Source of the DNA: Convolutriloba macropyga
Taxonomy: Eukaryota
Assembly (NCBI RefSeq): GCF_964194025.1
Contig: NC_134474.1
Location: 18,352,001 to 18,416,000 of the forward strand
Reading direction: 5' to 3'
Length of the DNA: 64,000 bases
Both the position numbers and the translations under genes were made by a program. Positions 1 to 15,248 of this stretch are shown here, in pieces. The notes under the pieces were generated by a model. It was given only the letters and a program-made list of their open reading frames with translations. It did not search any database and was not told the origin of the DNA. Each line of letters opens with the position of its first letter. Position 1 is the stretch's first letter.

Positions 1-3000
1 CCCTGAACAGACAGAACTGACGTTAGAGAGAATGTTGTTTGAGCAGCATGTTTACATATTACATGTACCACAACATCAACAAACAAAGAGTTGCTCGAAA
101 CAGTTAAGAATCGCATAAAACCTTGGAAATTCGGTTTTCATTAAAAAAGTTTAATGCAAAGGGCGAGCTGGCTTTTATTGACATGAATATATGTGTTAGC
201 AGGAAATAAGAAAACGCAAATGTTACAGCAATCCTGCCGATTCCTTTACAATTCGACACTCATCGTTGTTACCCATTGCAACATATGAAAAGTATAATGA
301 AGGTCTATATAATCGAGAAAAATTTGAAATGTTACGTGGTTTATGGAATCTCTTGTTGTGGATGTGAATCCATCTCTGTCTCTCAAACTGATCGTCCTGT
401 TATCACGAGGATGAGATGACAGAGCACCAGGAATTTGATTGAGTCAGGCAGCACGTCGGGCTGCAGGTTAGCGGTCGGGCAGCACATTATTGATTGCTGT
501 GTGTTGTCTCAAGCTTTTAACTGTCGTATAATTGACCACTGCACATAACTGAAAAACTGATAATCAAAGAAACATTGCTCATAGGGGATGAAAAACCAAA
601 AATACAAGCGCTTGACGACTATCGGGGACGGGAACTGACACTAAAGTAATAATCTGACATGTAAGTCGGCTTATATGACAATAGTTAATCAAAAAATATT
701 TGGAATAAAAAACCCAAATTCCATCCAATTTCGACCAAAAAAAGAAAGAGTCACAAGATTTAAATTGTTTTCAGGTTTGTTCAAACATGTCTAAATTTGC
801 AAATGCGTTAGTTTTTAGAGAGACAGAAAATATGATTAATTTGTAACATGTGAGAACAAACTTTCTACTCTCAGACTTGGATGAAGTTTATCAACCTAAC
901 CTTGCAACTTTCGGCACCAAAAAATTGAATTTTACTGAATTTCCTTTGCTTTGTAGACGAGCGGAATAGTGTAGGCAATCAATTGTTTAAAAATTGTTTG
1001 AAAATAATATTTCGGCAAAAAAGATTTGGAAAAAAAGCGAAGAAAAGCACGCTAATGTCAGTAAACAGTCTCTCAAATTACAAAAGTGAATACTAGCGAC
1101 TTTTATTGAAAACTGAAAATAAAAAAAAATTTGAAAGTTCTAAAAATTACTCGAAAAAACTCAAAAATTGCAATCTTTAAAACTATCGTAGATATAGTTT
1201 CATTTTGGTTGAAATCATTCAGAGAGTAAAGTTGATAATATAATCTGACAACTTCACTTATATCAAAATGATATGTTTTACAATTTGAAATTAGACGTAT
1301 TGACTCTTACTGTTTTCAAAATCCATAGTTTTTCTTCGAAAAATTTATAGAGACACAAAGATTAAAACAAATGCTTTTGTCGCATTTACAGACAATGTGA
1401 GAAAAAACGTCAATATACTTTTGAATTTTACCTAGATATACCTTCTACAAATGCTATTCAGACCAATTTAATGCGATGCTGAACTGCAAAGCCCGCCCTT
1501 AGACTTTGTAGGTAAATACCTTCACAAACCTTAAGCCACAGCAGCCTCGTTTGATGAGCGTGGTTAATACTGAAATATTTTGATATTTTGATTCCTCTTT
1601 TAGATTTTTCTTGGAATTAAAGTCGTTTTCCTCCGTTCATTTGCAAACAATTGCCCCATAAGTCAACCGGAGTCTTATAACTATCACAAGATCATTAAAA
1701 AGTTAGAAAACGTGCAATTTAAGGTTTAAGACGAGTAAATTGGTAATAACAATACAATGTGGTCTCCGTAATGGCAACAGGGCTTTTAGCCGAAAAACAA
1801 AAAATGAAACAAAAAAGACAATTCACGTCAAATTTGCTTTTAGATTTTTTCTGAAGCTCTCATCGGCCCAAATAAAACTGTTTATCGCAAACCAGCAATA
1901 TAAAAATACAGCCCGTTTTTCATCAGCTAGTGCAACAAAGCTCTCATCGTGGTTGCACCAACCTCCTCTCTGGCCAGGGGGATAAAATCATATTTAGTTA
2001 GAGATGACACCGAGGAGCAAGCACTGAAATAAACCCTTGATGCACGTAAAAGACGTGAAATAATTATGCTTGATGACACTGAAGAGATAGTCTTGCTAGA
2101 CGTAAAAAGTTTCAAAATGAATGTGCCTGTTTCAGAAGCAATAGAAATAGCTCTAAGATGCCTCTATTCATGTGACCGCGCTACTGATATGGAAAGGTCA
2201 ACATTAAAACTTAATTAAAATTGAGCAACGATTGTTCACTTCAAATGCAACAATAAAAGGTACTGCCATGTAGACGGACTAGCAATAGGCGCATTTCTGG
2301 CGGTCACATTACAAAAAGTTTGTATGAAATTGTTTAATGATAAACAAAAAGAAGAGGGCTGTATTCGTGAACCGGGCTTAAAGAACAATCCCAGCAAAAT
2401 TTGCACGATTGTTCGAGAAAATTAGTTTGGAAAAGTAAAGCAGTTGAACATGAACTCTGCGATAATAGGTTTCATGTCCTGTGCGAGAAAAAAAACAAAG
2501 AAAAAATACGAAATGGGGATATTCTGCGGTTCTGTTGTCACTGCAACATAATACCCTGAACAGACAGAACTGACGTTAGAGAGAATGTTGTTTGAGCAGC
2601 ATGTTTAAATATTACATGTACAAAACATCAACAAGCAAAGAATTGCTCGAAACAGTTAAGAATCGCATAAAACCTTGGAAAACCCGTTTTCATTCGAAAA
2701 ATTTAATGCAGAGGGCGAACTGGCTTTTATTAACATGAATGTATGTGTTAGCAGGAATCAACAAAACGAAAATGTTTCAGCAATCCTGTCGATTCCCTTA
2801 CAAATCGACATACTCATCGTTGTTACCCATTGCAACATATGAAAAATATAGTGAAGGTCAATATATCCGAGGTAAATTTGAAATGTTACGTGGTTTATAG
2901 AATCTCTTGTTGTGGATGTGAATCCACCTCTGTCTCTCAAACTGGTCGTCATGTAATCACGAGGATGACAGAGCACCAGGAATTTGATTGAGTCGGGCAG

Positions 3001-4534
3001 CACTTCAGGCAGCAGGTTAGCGGTCGGGCAGCACATTATTGATTGCTGTCTATCGTCTCAATCTTTTAACTGGAGTATCATTGACCAGTGCACATAACTG
3101 AAAAACTGATAATCATAGAAACATTGCTCGTAGGGGATGAAAAAAACCAAAAATACAAGCGCTTGACGACTATTGGGGACGGGAATTGACGCCAAACAAT
3201 TAATCTGACATGTAAGTTGGCTTATATGACAATAGTAAGCAAAAAGTAATTGGAATAAAAAATCCAAATTTTATCCAATTTCGACCATAAAAAGAAAGAG
3301 TCACAAGATTTGATATGTTTTCAGGTTTGTTCAAATATGTCTAAATTTGCAAATGCGTTAGTATTTAGAGAGATAGAAAAAATGACTTATTTGTAACATT
3401 GAGAACAAATTTTCTACTCTCAAACTTGGATGAACATTATCAACCTAATATCGCGACTTTCGGCACCAAAAAATTGAATTTAACTGAATTTCCTTTGTAG
3501 ACGAGAGGAATAAAGTAGGCAACCAATTGTTTAAAAATTGTTTTAAAATAATAGTTCAGCAAAAAAGATTTGGAAAAAAAGCGAAGAAAAGCACGCTAAT
3601 GTCAGTAAACAGTCTATTACAAAAGTAAATATTAGCGACATTTATTGAAAACTGAAAAAAAAATTTGAAAGTTCTAAAAATTTCAGTTAAACAAGTGAGC
3701 CAGTTCTAAGTACTCAAAAAGTAAAATCTTTAAAATTATCGTAGATATATAGTTTCATTTTGGTTGAAATCATTCAAAGAGTAAAGTTGATAATAAAATC
3801 TGACAACTCCATTTATAACATTTGTTTTTCAATTTGAAATTAGACTAATTGACTCTTACTGTTTTCAAAATCCATAGTTTTTCTTCGAAAAAGTTATAGA
3901 GATACAAAGATTAAAACAAATGCTAATGTCGCATTTACAGACAATGTGAAAAAACCGTCAATATATCTTTTAATTTTACCTAGATATACCTCCTGCAAAT
4001 GCTATTCAGAACAATTTAATGCGATGCTGAACTTCAAAGCCCGCCCTTAGATTTTGTAGGTAAAGACCTTCACAAACCTTAAGCCACAGTAGCCTCGTTT
4101 GATGAGCGTGGTTAATACTGAAATATATTGATATTTTGGTTCCTCTTTTAGTATTTTCTTGGAATTAAATTCGTTTCCTCCGTTCATTTGCAAACAGTTA
4201 ACCCCTTAGGTCGAACGGAGTCTTAAAACTATCACAAGATCATTAAAAAAGTTAGAAAACGTGCAATGGAAGGTTTAAGAGGATTAAATCGGTAATAACA
4301 TACAATTTGGTCTCCGTAATGGCCACAGGGCTTTTAGCCGAAAAACAAAAAGTGAAACATAAAAGACAATTCACGTCAAATTTGCTTTTTGATTATTTCT
4401 GAAGCTCTCATCGGCCCAAATAAAACTGTTTATCGCAAACGCAAACCAGCAATATAAAAATACAGCCCCTTTTTCATCAACTAGTGCAATAAAGCTCTCA
4501 TTGTGGTTGCACCAACCTCCTCTCTGGCCAAGGG
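1..4534 (+). repeat. Tandem duplication (offset 2553 bp; 1-1980 vs 2554-4534) containing decayed Penelope-like retroelement fragments
   Basis: Near-identical copies. Broken frames give LDVKS..NVPVSEAIEIAL, DGLAIGA.LAVTL and GIY-YIG-like CGCESTSVSQTGRH..TR..EH. Confidence 0.75.
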
Positions 4535-4825
4535 GTTATAGCCCCCGATAGGCCACTTACCAATGGTACCCCTAGCTACGGATTGATGGGCTAAAGTTTT
4601 CTGACCAATTATGAGAAAATGTTCANNNNNNNNNNNNNNNNNNNNNNNNNNNNNNNNNNNNNNNNNNNNNNNNNNNNNNNNNNNNNNNNNNNNNNNNNNN
4701 NNNNNNNNNNNNNNNNNNNNNNNNNNNNNNNNNNNNNNNNNNNNNNNNNNNNNNNNNNNNNNNNNNNNNNNNNNNNNNNNNNNNNNNNNNNNNNNNNNNN
4801 NNNNNNNNNNNNNNNNNNNNNNNNN

Positions 4826-4836
4826 ATATATATATA

Positions 4837-4918
<82 letters not shown>
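4826..4918. repeat. (TA)n microsatellite beside an assembly gap
   Basis: Seen directly. Confidence 0.95.
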
Positions 4919-4919
<1 letters not shown>

Positions 4920-4929
4920 TTATCACACC

Positions 4930-7900
4930 TTTCTGGTATTGTACCACTAGGATTTGTTTTGAGACACTTAATTGATATTAAAAAAACTCTTACAAATATA
5001 TGTTTGAATTTATCTGAAATTGTTTTGCTTAAAACAATACATTTGTTGTGTATTTGGTTCTCGATGCTGTTATTTTTTATATCGTTTTTTAATGCAATGG
5101 CCAGTACAGATTTGATATCAAATTATTGTTACAACCCAATACTTCAGTTTTTTAAAATAAGTATCTTCTCGAACAATTCTATGTCTAACGGTTGATATCA
5201 ATCCGTCAATGTTAAAAAAACAAAACCTGTCAATTTATACGAACAATCGTATTTCGACATGAAGAAAATTAGCTTTTGGGTAGATGCTTTGAAGTATATG
5301 ATTCAACTAAAACCAACATATTGATGGATGTATTTTCAGATCATCATAAAAGTGAAACGACAGAATGATAACCAAATCAGGAAAAATGAAAATTGAGAAA
5401 TCTAAAACAAAAAAACCAAACCAAAACATGATCTGGTTATACGTTAAATATCACTTAACTTAATCCATTACATAATTTCTTCAATCTAAAAACCTAGAAG
5501 TCACGCACCGTAAAAATTGGTCGATAAACAAAATCGAACGCTCAAACTATAAACTTATCGGAGCAGCAGAATTTTGTACGCGACACAAAAACACTTCAAA
5601 ACGGAACGAAAACGGAAAGAAGCCAAAGAACATGAATCAATCTCTTACACACCTTTATTCCTATCTCCGTGAATTATATTTTTATTCGTCAATCATTATT
5701 TTGACAAATAATAAGAAAAAAGTGTTATAGAAAAACTGTAAATGATTCAAATTTATATTAATCAACCCTTTTGTGCTTTTTTGAGCTACATCTTTCCGAA
5801 ACTATGCAATGAAAACAAACCGAAAGTTTTGAAGAGCTATAATTTAAGACAATAATGAAATTAACTTGGAGCAGAAAGACAAAATTTCATAAAACCTCAA
5901 ATGACACAAACTTGAATAAGAATGATTACTGATCCACTTTCTCAGCAATTGATAGAAGAATAATCAAAAATTAATAATCATGGACTCCAAAGACATGCAA
6001 TGTTGAAATGAGTAAAAAGAAATTAAGAAAATTGCCTGAACTCTGAGAACATGCAACATTGAATTTAGGAAAAAAGAAAATAAAAACTTCCATTAATGAC
6101 TGCTAAATGTGAAACTTCATTCTATTTTTAGTTGCGTTTGTAGGAAAAAACAATCTGCTCTCCTTCGAACAATTTCAATGTTTTATAGCTTATTTACTTG
6201 ATTGCCAAACGCAAAAAAATAATGTTGAGTTTAAATAGAAGTACGAAAAAAGCGAATGTTGTTGCACGAGTTTGTCGTGCTTTGATCTTTTCAAAGAACC
6301 AAAGCCAGCCAAAAATTGTCAAAAATTGATTGGATTCTCATTCTCCCCTATTTTTTTAATTCAACTCCAACTCCAGAAAACAAAAGATAGTTGCAGCGCT
6401 AGTACCCTAATTTCTGAACCTTTTTGGTACAACTATGAGAAACTTTTTGACACTAAAATGCTATTACAAAATTTTTTGCAATAATTATGTTAAAATGTTT
6501 TGTTTACAACAACTTTTTTGCCGTTTCTTTGATTCTCAAGGCCGCAATTTATTTATATCGTTTTTCATTGCAATGGCCAGTACAAAAATGTTTGCAAATC
6601 ATTGTCACATCCCAATGTTTCAATTTTTCAGAAAAAGTAACCTCTCCAACAATTCTCCTTTTGATATCAATCTCTCAAATTTAGAAAACTACCTGCCAAC
6701 TTTAACAAACAATCGTATTTTTAAATGAAGAAATTAAGCATTTGCGTAGGTTATATATAATATATGATTTAACTAATGCCAGGGTATTCATGGATGTGTT
6801 TTTAGATCACCATCAAAGTGAAACGACAGAATGGTAACCAAATCAGGATAAATAAAATTTGAGAACTTACAAAACAAAAAATAATGAAACCGAAAATAAC
6901 AATTGATCTGGTCACACAATCAGTTTCTTTCAACATACCTAATTTGTTTAATCTCAAAACTTAGAAGTCAAACACCATCAAGTTTGGTCGATAAACATAA
7001 AATCGAACGCGCAAACTATTAACTAAAACCATATATTAAGAGCAGGACAATTGTGTACGCAACATAAAAAGACGTTCAGAAGAAAAAAACGGAAAGAAGA
7101 CAAAAAACGTAGGTCAAACTCTTAAATCCCATTTCCTGGCTCCGTGAAAAGTATATAACTTTGCCTATCATTATTCGAAAATTAAAATAAAAACTGTCAT
7201 ACAAGAACCCTAAACTATTCAACATCAGAAACAGAACTCTTTTTATTAATTTAGCCTTTCGTATTTTTTGAGCTAAACCTTTTAAAAAATATGCAATAAG
7301 AAACAACCAAAATATTTGAAGAGCTATAATATAAGAAAGTAATGAAATGAAACTTTGAGCAGAAAAAAATTCATTAAAACAGAAATGACAGAATTCCTAT
7401 GACAGAATTTGAATAAGAATGATTACTGATCCATTTTCTCTGCAATTGAGGCAGAAAAAATGCCTGAAAATGCCTGAAATCTGAGGACATGCAAAATTGA
7501 AACGAGGAAGAACGAAAATAAAAAAATTCCGTTAATGCCTGCTAAATTTATGTGAAACTTCTAACTTTAGTTGCTTTGTTATTAGCAAAAAATTAGAAAA
7601 AATTGCTCTCTTTTCATCAATTTCCAGGTTTTATTGCTCATTTATTTCATTACCAATTCACGGACAAAAATACAACTCGAATTAAACATTTTGTTTGAAA
7701 ATATTTTCATAATTCTGTACGAAAAATAGCTAATGTTATTACACGAGTCTCTCATACTTTGATTTCTTCAAATAACAAAATGAAGCCAAAATTTGTCAAA
7801 AATTGTTTGTACTCTCATTTTCCCCCAATTTTTCATTTCAACTCCAACTCTAGAAAACAGAAGATTTAGTACTTTATTTTTTACACCTGATACCACAAGG

Positions 7901-8910
7901 GGAACTTTTGTGACACTGAATTGATACTAAAGATTTCTTGCAACAAATAAACGTTTGAATTTATGAAATTTTTTTGGTTACAACAACACTTTCGCTGTGT
8001 ATTTGGCTCTCGATTCTGCTATTTTTGCATAGTTTTTTCTCGCAATGGCCCGTACAGAAACATTTTCAAATTATTGTAACAGCCCAATGCTTCAATTTTT
8101 CAAAAAAGTATCGTCTCGAACAATTTTCTGTCTGACGTTTGACATCAATCAGTCAATTTAAAAAAACAAAACCTGTCAATTTATACAAACAATCATATTT
8201 GGACATGAAGAAAATTAGCCTTTGGGTAGGTGCTTTGAACTATATGATTCAACTAAAACCAACATATTGATGGATGTATTTTCAGATCATCCTAAAAGTG
8301 AAACAACAGAATGATAACCAAATCAGGAAAAAAGACAAATTGAGAAATTACAAAACCAAAAAACCAGAACTAAAAATGATCTAGTTACACGTTCAAATTC
8401 AATTAACTTAACCCCACGAACTAATTGCTTCAATCTCAAAACCTAGAAGTCAAGCACCATCAAATTTGGTCTATAAAGATAAAATCGACCGTACAAATTA
8501 TGAACTTATAAGAGAAGAATTGTGCACGCGACACAAAAACAAGTCAAAACGGAAAGACAAGGGAAAGAAGACAACGAACCTGAGTAAAACTCTTACACAA
8601 CTTTATTACTAACTCCGTGAAGTGTGCATTTATTTGTCAATCATTATTTTGACAATTAATAAGAAAAAATTGTTATAGAAAAACTCTAAAGTTTTCAAAA
8701 TCAAGAACTTTTTGTTAATTAGTCCTTCGTACTTTTTTTAGCTAAACCTATTAAAAGTATTCAATAAAAACAGACCAGAAGATTTGAAGAGCTATACTCT
8801 GAGAACGTAATGAAATTAACTTTGAGCAGAAAGACAAAGTGAAACTTCCCATGACAGAAACTTAGATAAGGTTGGTTACTGGTCTACATCCTCAACAATT
8901 GAGAGATTAA
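4930..8910 (+). repeat. Degenerate ~1.5-kb tandem repeat, ~2.7 copies
   Basis: Anchors GCAATGGCC.GTACA at ~5094, 6570, 8042 and AAAGTGAAAC.ACAGAATG.TAACCAAATCAGG at ~5349, 6815, 8296. Confidence 0.85.
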
Positions 8911-10759
8911 TCAAAAATTGATATTCGCAGGCTATTATGATACTGATTATTTGTGACTGTAAACACCATTATCACTCTCAAAACTTCTCAATGCAATTGC
9001 TGATAGTGTACGCTTAAAAAATTGACTCCAGTGACATTATTTCTTAATAAAATTTGAAATAAGTTTTTAATTTTGTACTTAGAACTGAAAAATTGGGGTA
9101 AGCTTATAAATATTTATCAAAAGGATGGATTTTTCCCATACTGGAAAGCCAATTACAAAAATTGGTTTTGTAAAAAATTATTTTAATTCCCAACTAGCTG
9201 TTAGTTGCAAACTTTTTAGGTTCTCTAAAGTCAGTAGAAAACAAAAAAGCAAATTGTAATTCTTCGTAATTTGTATTTGCAAGCCTCTGAAAACAAAAGT
9301 GTCAACTTCAACTCTTCGCAGCAACATGGAAACACAACTCGTCAATTGCCCGTATTCAGATTAAAACCTAAAAACTCCACTAGAAAAATGTAATCAAATC
9401 AAACAGTTCCAAATGTATTACAGTCCAATATTGTTTTTTTGACAAATTAGCCCCCCTCCCCTATGGCTCTAAAAAGGCAATTTTCCTTTCTTAAAATTTT
9501 CCTTTCCGTCTTATTTTTCGATTTCGATTTGGAACTGTGCTTCAAGCTAGCTGAAAATGAGACTTATTACTTGGCTTGAGGTATCTAAAGCCTAGCAAAA
9601 TCTCATATAGTGTTTTGGTATAGAAAAGAAATTGTACACGATTACAACAGTTTCTTTTTAAGAATTGCTCAGACAAAAAATTTAGCAATTACTCAGATGC
9701 TTGACTTATAAATAAGAATGCAATGCTCAAAAAACTATTCTTTGATTGGTTGTCGGAAGTAGAATTTAAAATATATATAATCTTTTCTAGCCTCAAACAA
9801 TTTTGAATATACTTTTTATTGTGAACAATTAGCTAAAATGAAAGAAAAAATTATTTTATAGGGAGAATGAACTTAATAAACAAAATAATCATTATGCCTG
9901 AGCATATGCTCATTAAATTGAAAATTACGTGCGAAATTTTAAATTTCATGAGGTGAACAGTAAGAGAAATATAAAACATTAAACTTGATATAGCTAATCA
10001 TATTTTTTGGTCTTTAATTTGGTTTCAATTGACTTTTACATGGAACACTTTACATGTGCTTCTTCAGCGTTGTATTTAGTAACGTTTTGAAGATGAGAGC
10101 TTTTAGAGACTCAGTAAGCAAAAGCATAACCCTCCAAGCGCTTAAAAACCTGTTTTCTCTTCTGGTAACTCTATCCGCCATCTCAACTTTTTGTTGTGCT
10201 CAGAAATGGTGGAAACAAGAGTGTAATTTCTTATCACTCCACCCTAAATTACACTCTTTGAAAAAAGTGTAAAAAAATGGAAAAAAGAGTGTAAAACCTG
10301 TATAATTTTATAAAATTACACTCTTACACTTTTTCCCAAAGAAATTGGAGTGAAAAACGCATTAAACCCTAATCCTTGCTAATTAGGGGTGGATTAAGGG
10401 TGAAATCTTGGCCCGGGAATGACTTTAATAAATATATTCTCATGAACAGCAAGATATTGATTGGAATAGAGCTAAGATTTGGAATTCATAATACTAATTA
10501 GAAATCTTGAAAAGACTTTCCGTGTTTTTGTGTGTGGTTTTGCAATCAAGATGAACAAAATTTAGATGATCTAATTTTTTACCTGATCAAACTGTTGAAT
10601 ACAAATTTCTGAAGAAAAACCCAAACTTAATAACAAATTTCCAATTACTTTTTGAAATATGTAATGAAGCCAGGTTATGCCCCAGTTGCCTGTACAATTT
10701 ACACGAGAAAAAATTACATTTCTCAGCCTTCTCAGTATTTTTGTCTTGTCAATAGGCGA

Positions 10760-13700
10760 AAAAATTTTCTGTTCGAGAAAATCAATGCTTACATTTGAAG
10801 GCCCAACATGTCCGCGTAAAATAAAAAGTATTTAAATCCAAATTCGATTATTCTTCAGGAAAAATTACCTGTCTTTGGTAGTATTTCCGCTGAAAATAGA
10901 GAAAATAAAGAGAAAACTTATTCAAACTTTTACTTATTCAAAAAATTGAAAAATTATTTCACTTTACTGAAATTAAAAAACACCAACACGAATTCATTTA
11001 CTGTGAAAATTGAGATTTTGTAATTTCAATTAAGGAACGAATATTTTCTGCTTTTTGCGCGCCTGAAAATCCATTTCAAATTGAATTACTCCTCACTTGA
11101 AATCTACTGGTGTTTTTCCACGTCTGTTTTTCATAAAATAATGAACTTTTTTCGTTTTTGTGATTTTTTCGAATTTGGCCTCATTATAATCAGTAGCTAA
11201 TTATCATAACTTAATATGTTATCAAAAACATTTTAAAGCAAAGCACAATTTTCGAAAATACTATTAGACGTATTTTGAAGTTCTGCTGAAACAGACAGCC
11301 AATGTTAAACTCATCATAAAAGAGATCGAGCTCTAAATATTGCGAGAAAAACTTTTAGGTTCTGTTATTTGTTCAATTTCTACGTGCTTCTACGTTCAAT
11401 TTCTATGAGTGCACTTTTGATGGACACGTCTGTGGGCACTTTGGATTAATTCATGTGCACTCATTAAAGCGATTTAAGATACACACAAAAATCAATAAGT
11501 TAACAGATTTGAAATACGGAAATTCAATCGATCATAAGATAATATTTTCAAAAATTGGCAAAACCCAACCCCTTTAACGAATATCAACGATAAACGCGCC
11601 TTAGAGCAGTTAGAGTGTGAGCTGATTCTACTGATGCAGAAAACTATTCAGCGCAAAATTTCAATTGAATTGATATTTAGAATGAGGAACCAATATTGTA
11701 TAATAATATACAATTAACGAGAACTTCAATAAAATGGCTAACCTAACTTTTTTCAGTTAAAACCGTGTGTAAAAAAATCTTAATATGCCTGATTCTGGCA
11801 AAGATTAGATCAGAACGAATATGAAGAAAACTGTTGAAGAAAGCTTTATGGTTAAAGTTTAAAAAAATTGATTGTCAATGAGACAAAATTTTTTCTTCAA
11901 AAAATTGATATTTTAGTCCACGTTTCCTAAGCAAAAAGAACACAACTAGAACCGTAATAACTAGAAAAGAAAACATTTCATTTTTCACTGCTATTTAGAG
12001 CACTTTTTCAAAATTTGACAAAGTTTATTATGAATTTTTTTTTCAATAAAAGAATGAAAAATTTAGAAAACACAAAGGACCAACATTTCCGCGCCTGAAA
12101 ATTTAGTGAATTCAGTGGAAAGATATGTGGAAAAAAAGATATACAAAACACAAACAGCGCTTGAAGCACAATGAGGTCACCATGCTTTCATGGAGCAATG
12201 ATTCCGGTCAATTAGGCTGCGTCCTCAAAAAAGCCATCTATCGGGCGTCAGATATCAACAAGAAATTACAAAATTTGTTTTTTACATCCAAATTCAATTA
12301 TTCTTCAGGAAAAATTACTTGTATATGGTAGTATTTCCGCTGAAAATGGAGCAAATAAAAAGAAAACTTGAAGAAATCTCGATGCTTAAAAATATTTAAA
12401 ATTCAGTTGTTAATGAGAAAAAATTTTCGTTTCAACATTTATTCAATTGTTTTATTCATTCAAAAAAAGTGCAAAATTATTTCACGTTAGTTGAGTTGAA
12501 AAATGAAGTGATTTTTTTTTCTTTTTAAAATTTGACATTTTAGTCCACGTTTCCTTAGCAAAAAGAACACTACTAGAATTTTAAACCTTTTTGATCGCTG
12601 TTTTGATGAAACAATTTTTTTTTCATAGCCATATGCAGAAATATTTCAAAATTTGACAAAATTTACGGTGATTTTTTTTCAATTAAGGAACACAATGGTC
12701 AAGATTTCCGCGTCTGAAAATTTAGTGGATTCAGTGGAAAGATAGTATGTAAAAAAAGAAAAAAATCGAAAAAACAATCAATACTTAGAGCACAATGAGA
12801 CCATCATGTTTTCATCGAGCAATGATTCACCTGAAAAAAAAATCTGGTAATTTAAGGGGCGCCCTCTAAAAACCCATCTATCTATCGTCAGATATCAACA
12901 AGAACTAAAAAAGTAAAAACTATTAATATCCAAATTCGATTATTCTTCGGAAAAATTGCCTGCCTTTGGTAGTTTTTCCGCTGAAAATAGAGCAAATAAA
13001 AAGAAAACTTGAAGAAATGTCCCAGCAATATACAAAATTTTTTCAAATTTTGACAATGTTTATTGTGAAAAGTTTTTTCAATTAAGAAATGAAAACATTT
13101 TAGAATTACGGAACACAAAGGCCCAACATTTCCGCTCCTGAAAATGCGATTTTTTAAATTCAATCCTCATGGGAACTCTTCGGGCGTTTTGCCATAAATA
13201 TTAACTTTCCAAAAAAATTAACTTTTTTGTTGTGCATTTTTTTTGTATTCCTCAAATTACCTCATCATAATCAGTAGCTAACTGTCATAGCTATCGTATC
13301 TTAATAAGTTTCCGAAATTTTCTTTCAAAAGCAAAATACATTATTCCAAAGTGCTATCTGACGTATTGTGAAGTTCTTCCGAATCAGACAGTCAAACTTA
13401 AACTCATCATAAAAGAGATCGAACTCCAAATATCGCCAAAAAACTCGAGGTAATTTTTTGTTCATTTTCTACCTGCTTCGGACATTTTGTTTTGTCTCTC
13501 CAGTGTCAGATGTGATAAATTGGTATCACTCCTTTACTTGATTATTATTCATTACCACAGCAGGTAGCAAGAAAAAAATTTTAAGAAGCATTTATTCGTT
13601 GCTCATCTTGTTTGCTGCTTCTATCTTTTGCCTTCCTTAGCACTTTATGTTACCTCATCACTTGGTTTTATGAATCACCTAATTTGGACGTTTTTTGGTG

Positions 13701-14685
13701 TGACAGCACCTAGCAAGTTTCTCTAAATTATCATATTATCCTTTGGAGTCCTGCTTTGCATTGTTCAGCGGCTGTTTTTGCACTGCAACTGATCTCCTGT
13801 TTTTGCAACTGCAACTGATTTCAATCATGAAATGGTGTGTCCTTCAGTAGTGTTAAATTAATCAATTGACCAATCGAATCCAACTGAAATTACCCTTTGA
13901 AAATTGCGAAAGTATTTCACGTTTCCTGAAAAACACCACTAGAAGTTCAAAACTTAAGGATCGTTGTTTTGACGAAAATTTTACCATTCCTAACATAATA
14001 AACGATATTTTAAAAAAAAATGACAAAATGTTGTGAACATTGTGAAATTTTATTTCAATTAAGGAATGAAAGACTGTTAAGGTTATTGAACACAAAAGCA
14101 AAATTTTTGCGCGACTGAAAGTCCATTTTGAATTAGTTTTCACCTCACTGGAACTCCTCAAGCGATTTGCCACAACTAATTTTCAAAAATTATTGAATTT
14201 TTTTCTCGTTTTATGCAAATTTTTGAAATTTGCCCCGTTATAATCAATTGCTACCTTTCATATTTTGTCATATCTTAGTATGTATTTCATACAAAAAAAA
14301 TTTTTGAAGCAAAATACCGGCTACCAAACTACTATAAGACGTATTTCAAAGTTCGACCGAATCATACAGTTAATTTTCAAGTCATCATAAGAGATTGAAC
14401 TCTAAATATTGCGAAAAGAACTGTCCAGTTAATGCTATTTGTTCGATTTCTACGAGCGCGTTTAAAATGCGTTCAATTGCTACTCATTGAAGACATAAAC
14501 GTTTATTTTCACGAAAAACCATAATGCTCAAATTGCCGAAGATTCAGTTTTCTTATTTCTGTTTGCTTTTAAGTTATTTTTTTTGCTATTTGTCGCCAGT
14601 ATAGGCACTTTAGATGAACCGGTGCGCACTCATTTGGGCAATTAAAAATATACATGCAAAAAAATCAAACGATAATATAACCGAT
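10760..14685 (+). repeat. Degenerate modular tandem satellite (left of the Polinton)
   Basis: Recurrent ATAATCAGTAGCTA, CTCATCATAA(AA)GAGATCGAAC and TTCTACGTTCAATTTC motifs. Confidence 0.8.
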
Positions 14686-14730
14686 AGTAGTAATAGAGTG
14701 AGTGATAGTCCCCGGGGGGGTGAGGACCCC

Positions 14731-15092
14731 CATGTATTAAGATAGGGTAATTGTATTTTTCGGGATTTGGGTCCTCCCTAATGTATTAAGATAGGGAATG
14801 AATTAGCATGTATTAAGATTAGGCATAGCGGTCTTAATGTATTAAGATAGGTTGCATGTATTAAGATTAGGAATAGAATCTCCATGTATTAAGATTAGGA
14901 ATAGAATCTCCATGTATTAAGATTGGGTATAGCCGCCATGTATTAAGATTAGTTATAGCCGCCGACATGTATTAAGATTAGTTATAGCCGCCGACATGTA
15001 TTAAGATTAGTAATAGCCGCCGACATGTATTGAGATTAGTTATAGCCGCGGACATGTATTGATTAGGTGCCGCCATGTATTAAGATAGGGTA
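14731..15092 (+). repeat. Subterminal array of ~13 copies of ATGTATTAAGAT-core units (19-49 bp spacing, mostly ~28-29 bp)
   Basis: Direct count of the core (two copies degenerate); mirrored at ~33187-33548. Confidence 0.9.
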
Positions 15093-15248
15093 TAGGTTTT
15101 GTGTATGTATTTGTGCATGTACATATGCTAGTAGTATAGTCGGTGCAAATGTGGGGGGTAGGTTCGCAGACGCTCCTGATTGGCTGAAATTTTGAGGGGA
15201 AAATATCAATGTTTGTGCAGTTATTAAGTGATTACGTGAGAACAATAG

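Noticed and set aside
13563-13572. GGTAGCAAGA, complementary to the 3' end of the element's tRNA (also at ~39283), as a possible primer-binding site
   Set aside because: Only 10 nt, with no adjacent LTR end or gag/pol; it lies in a duplicated repeat block and is likely chance.
14731-15092. CRISPR-like repeat-spacer appearance
   Set aside because: The spacers are short and related to each other, the array is mirrored in a eukaryotic TIR, and there are no cas genes.
15063-15245. 60-aa ORF duplicated at 33033-33215
   Set aside because: It has a non-ATG start and is duplicated only because it lies in the TIR.
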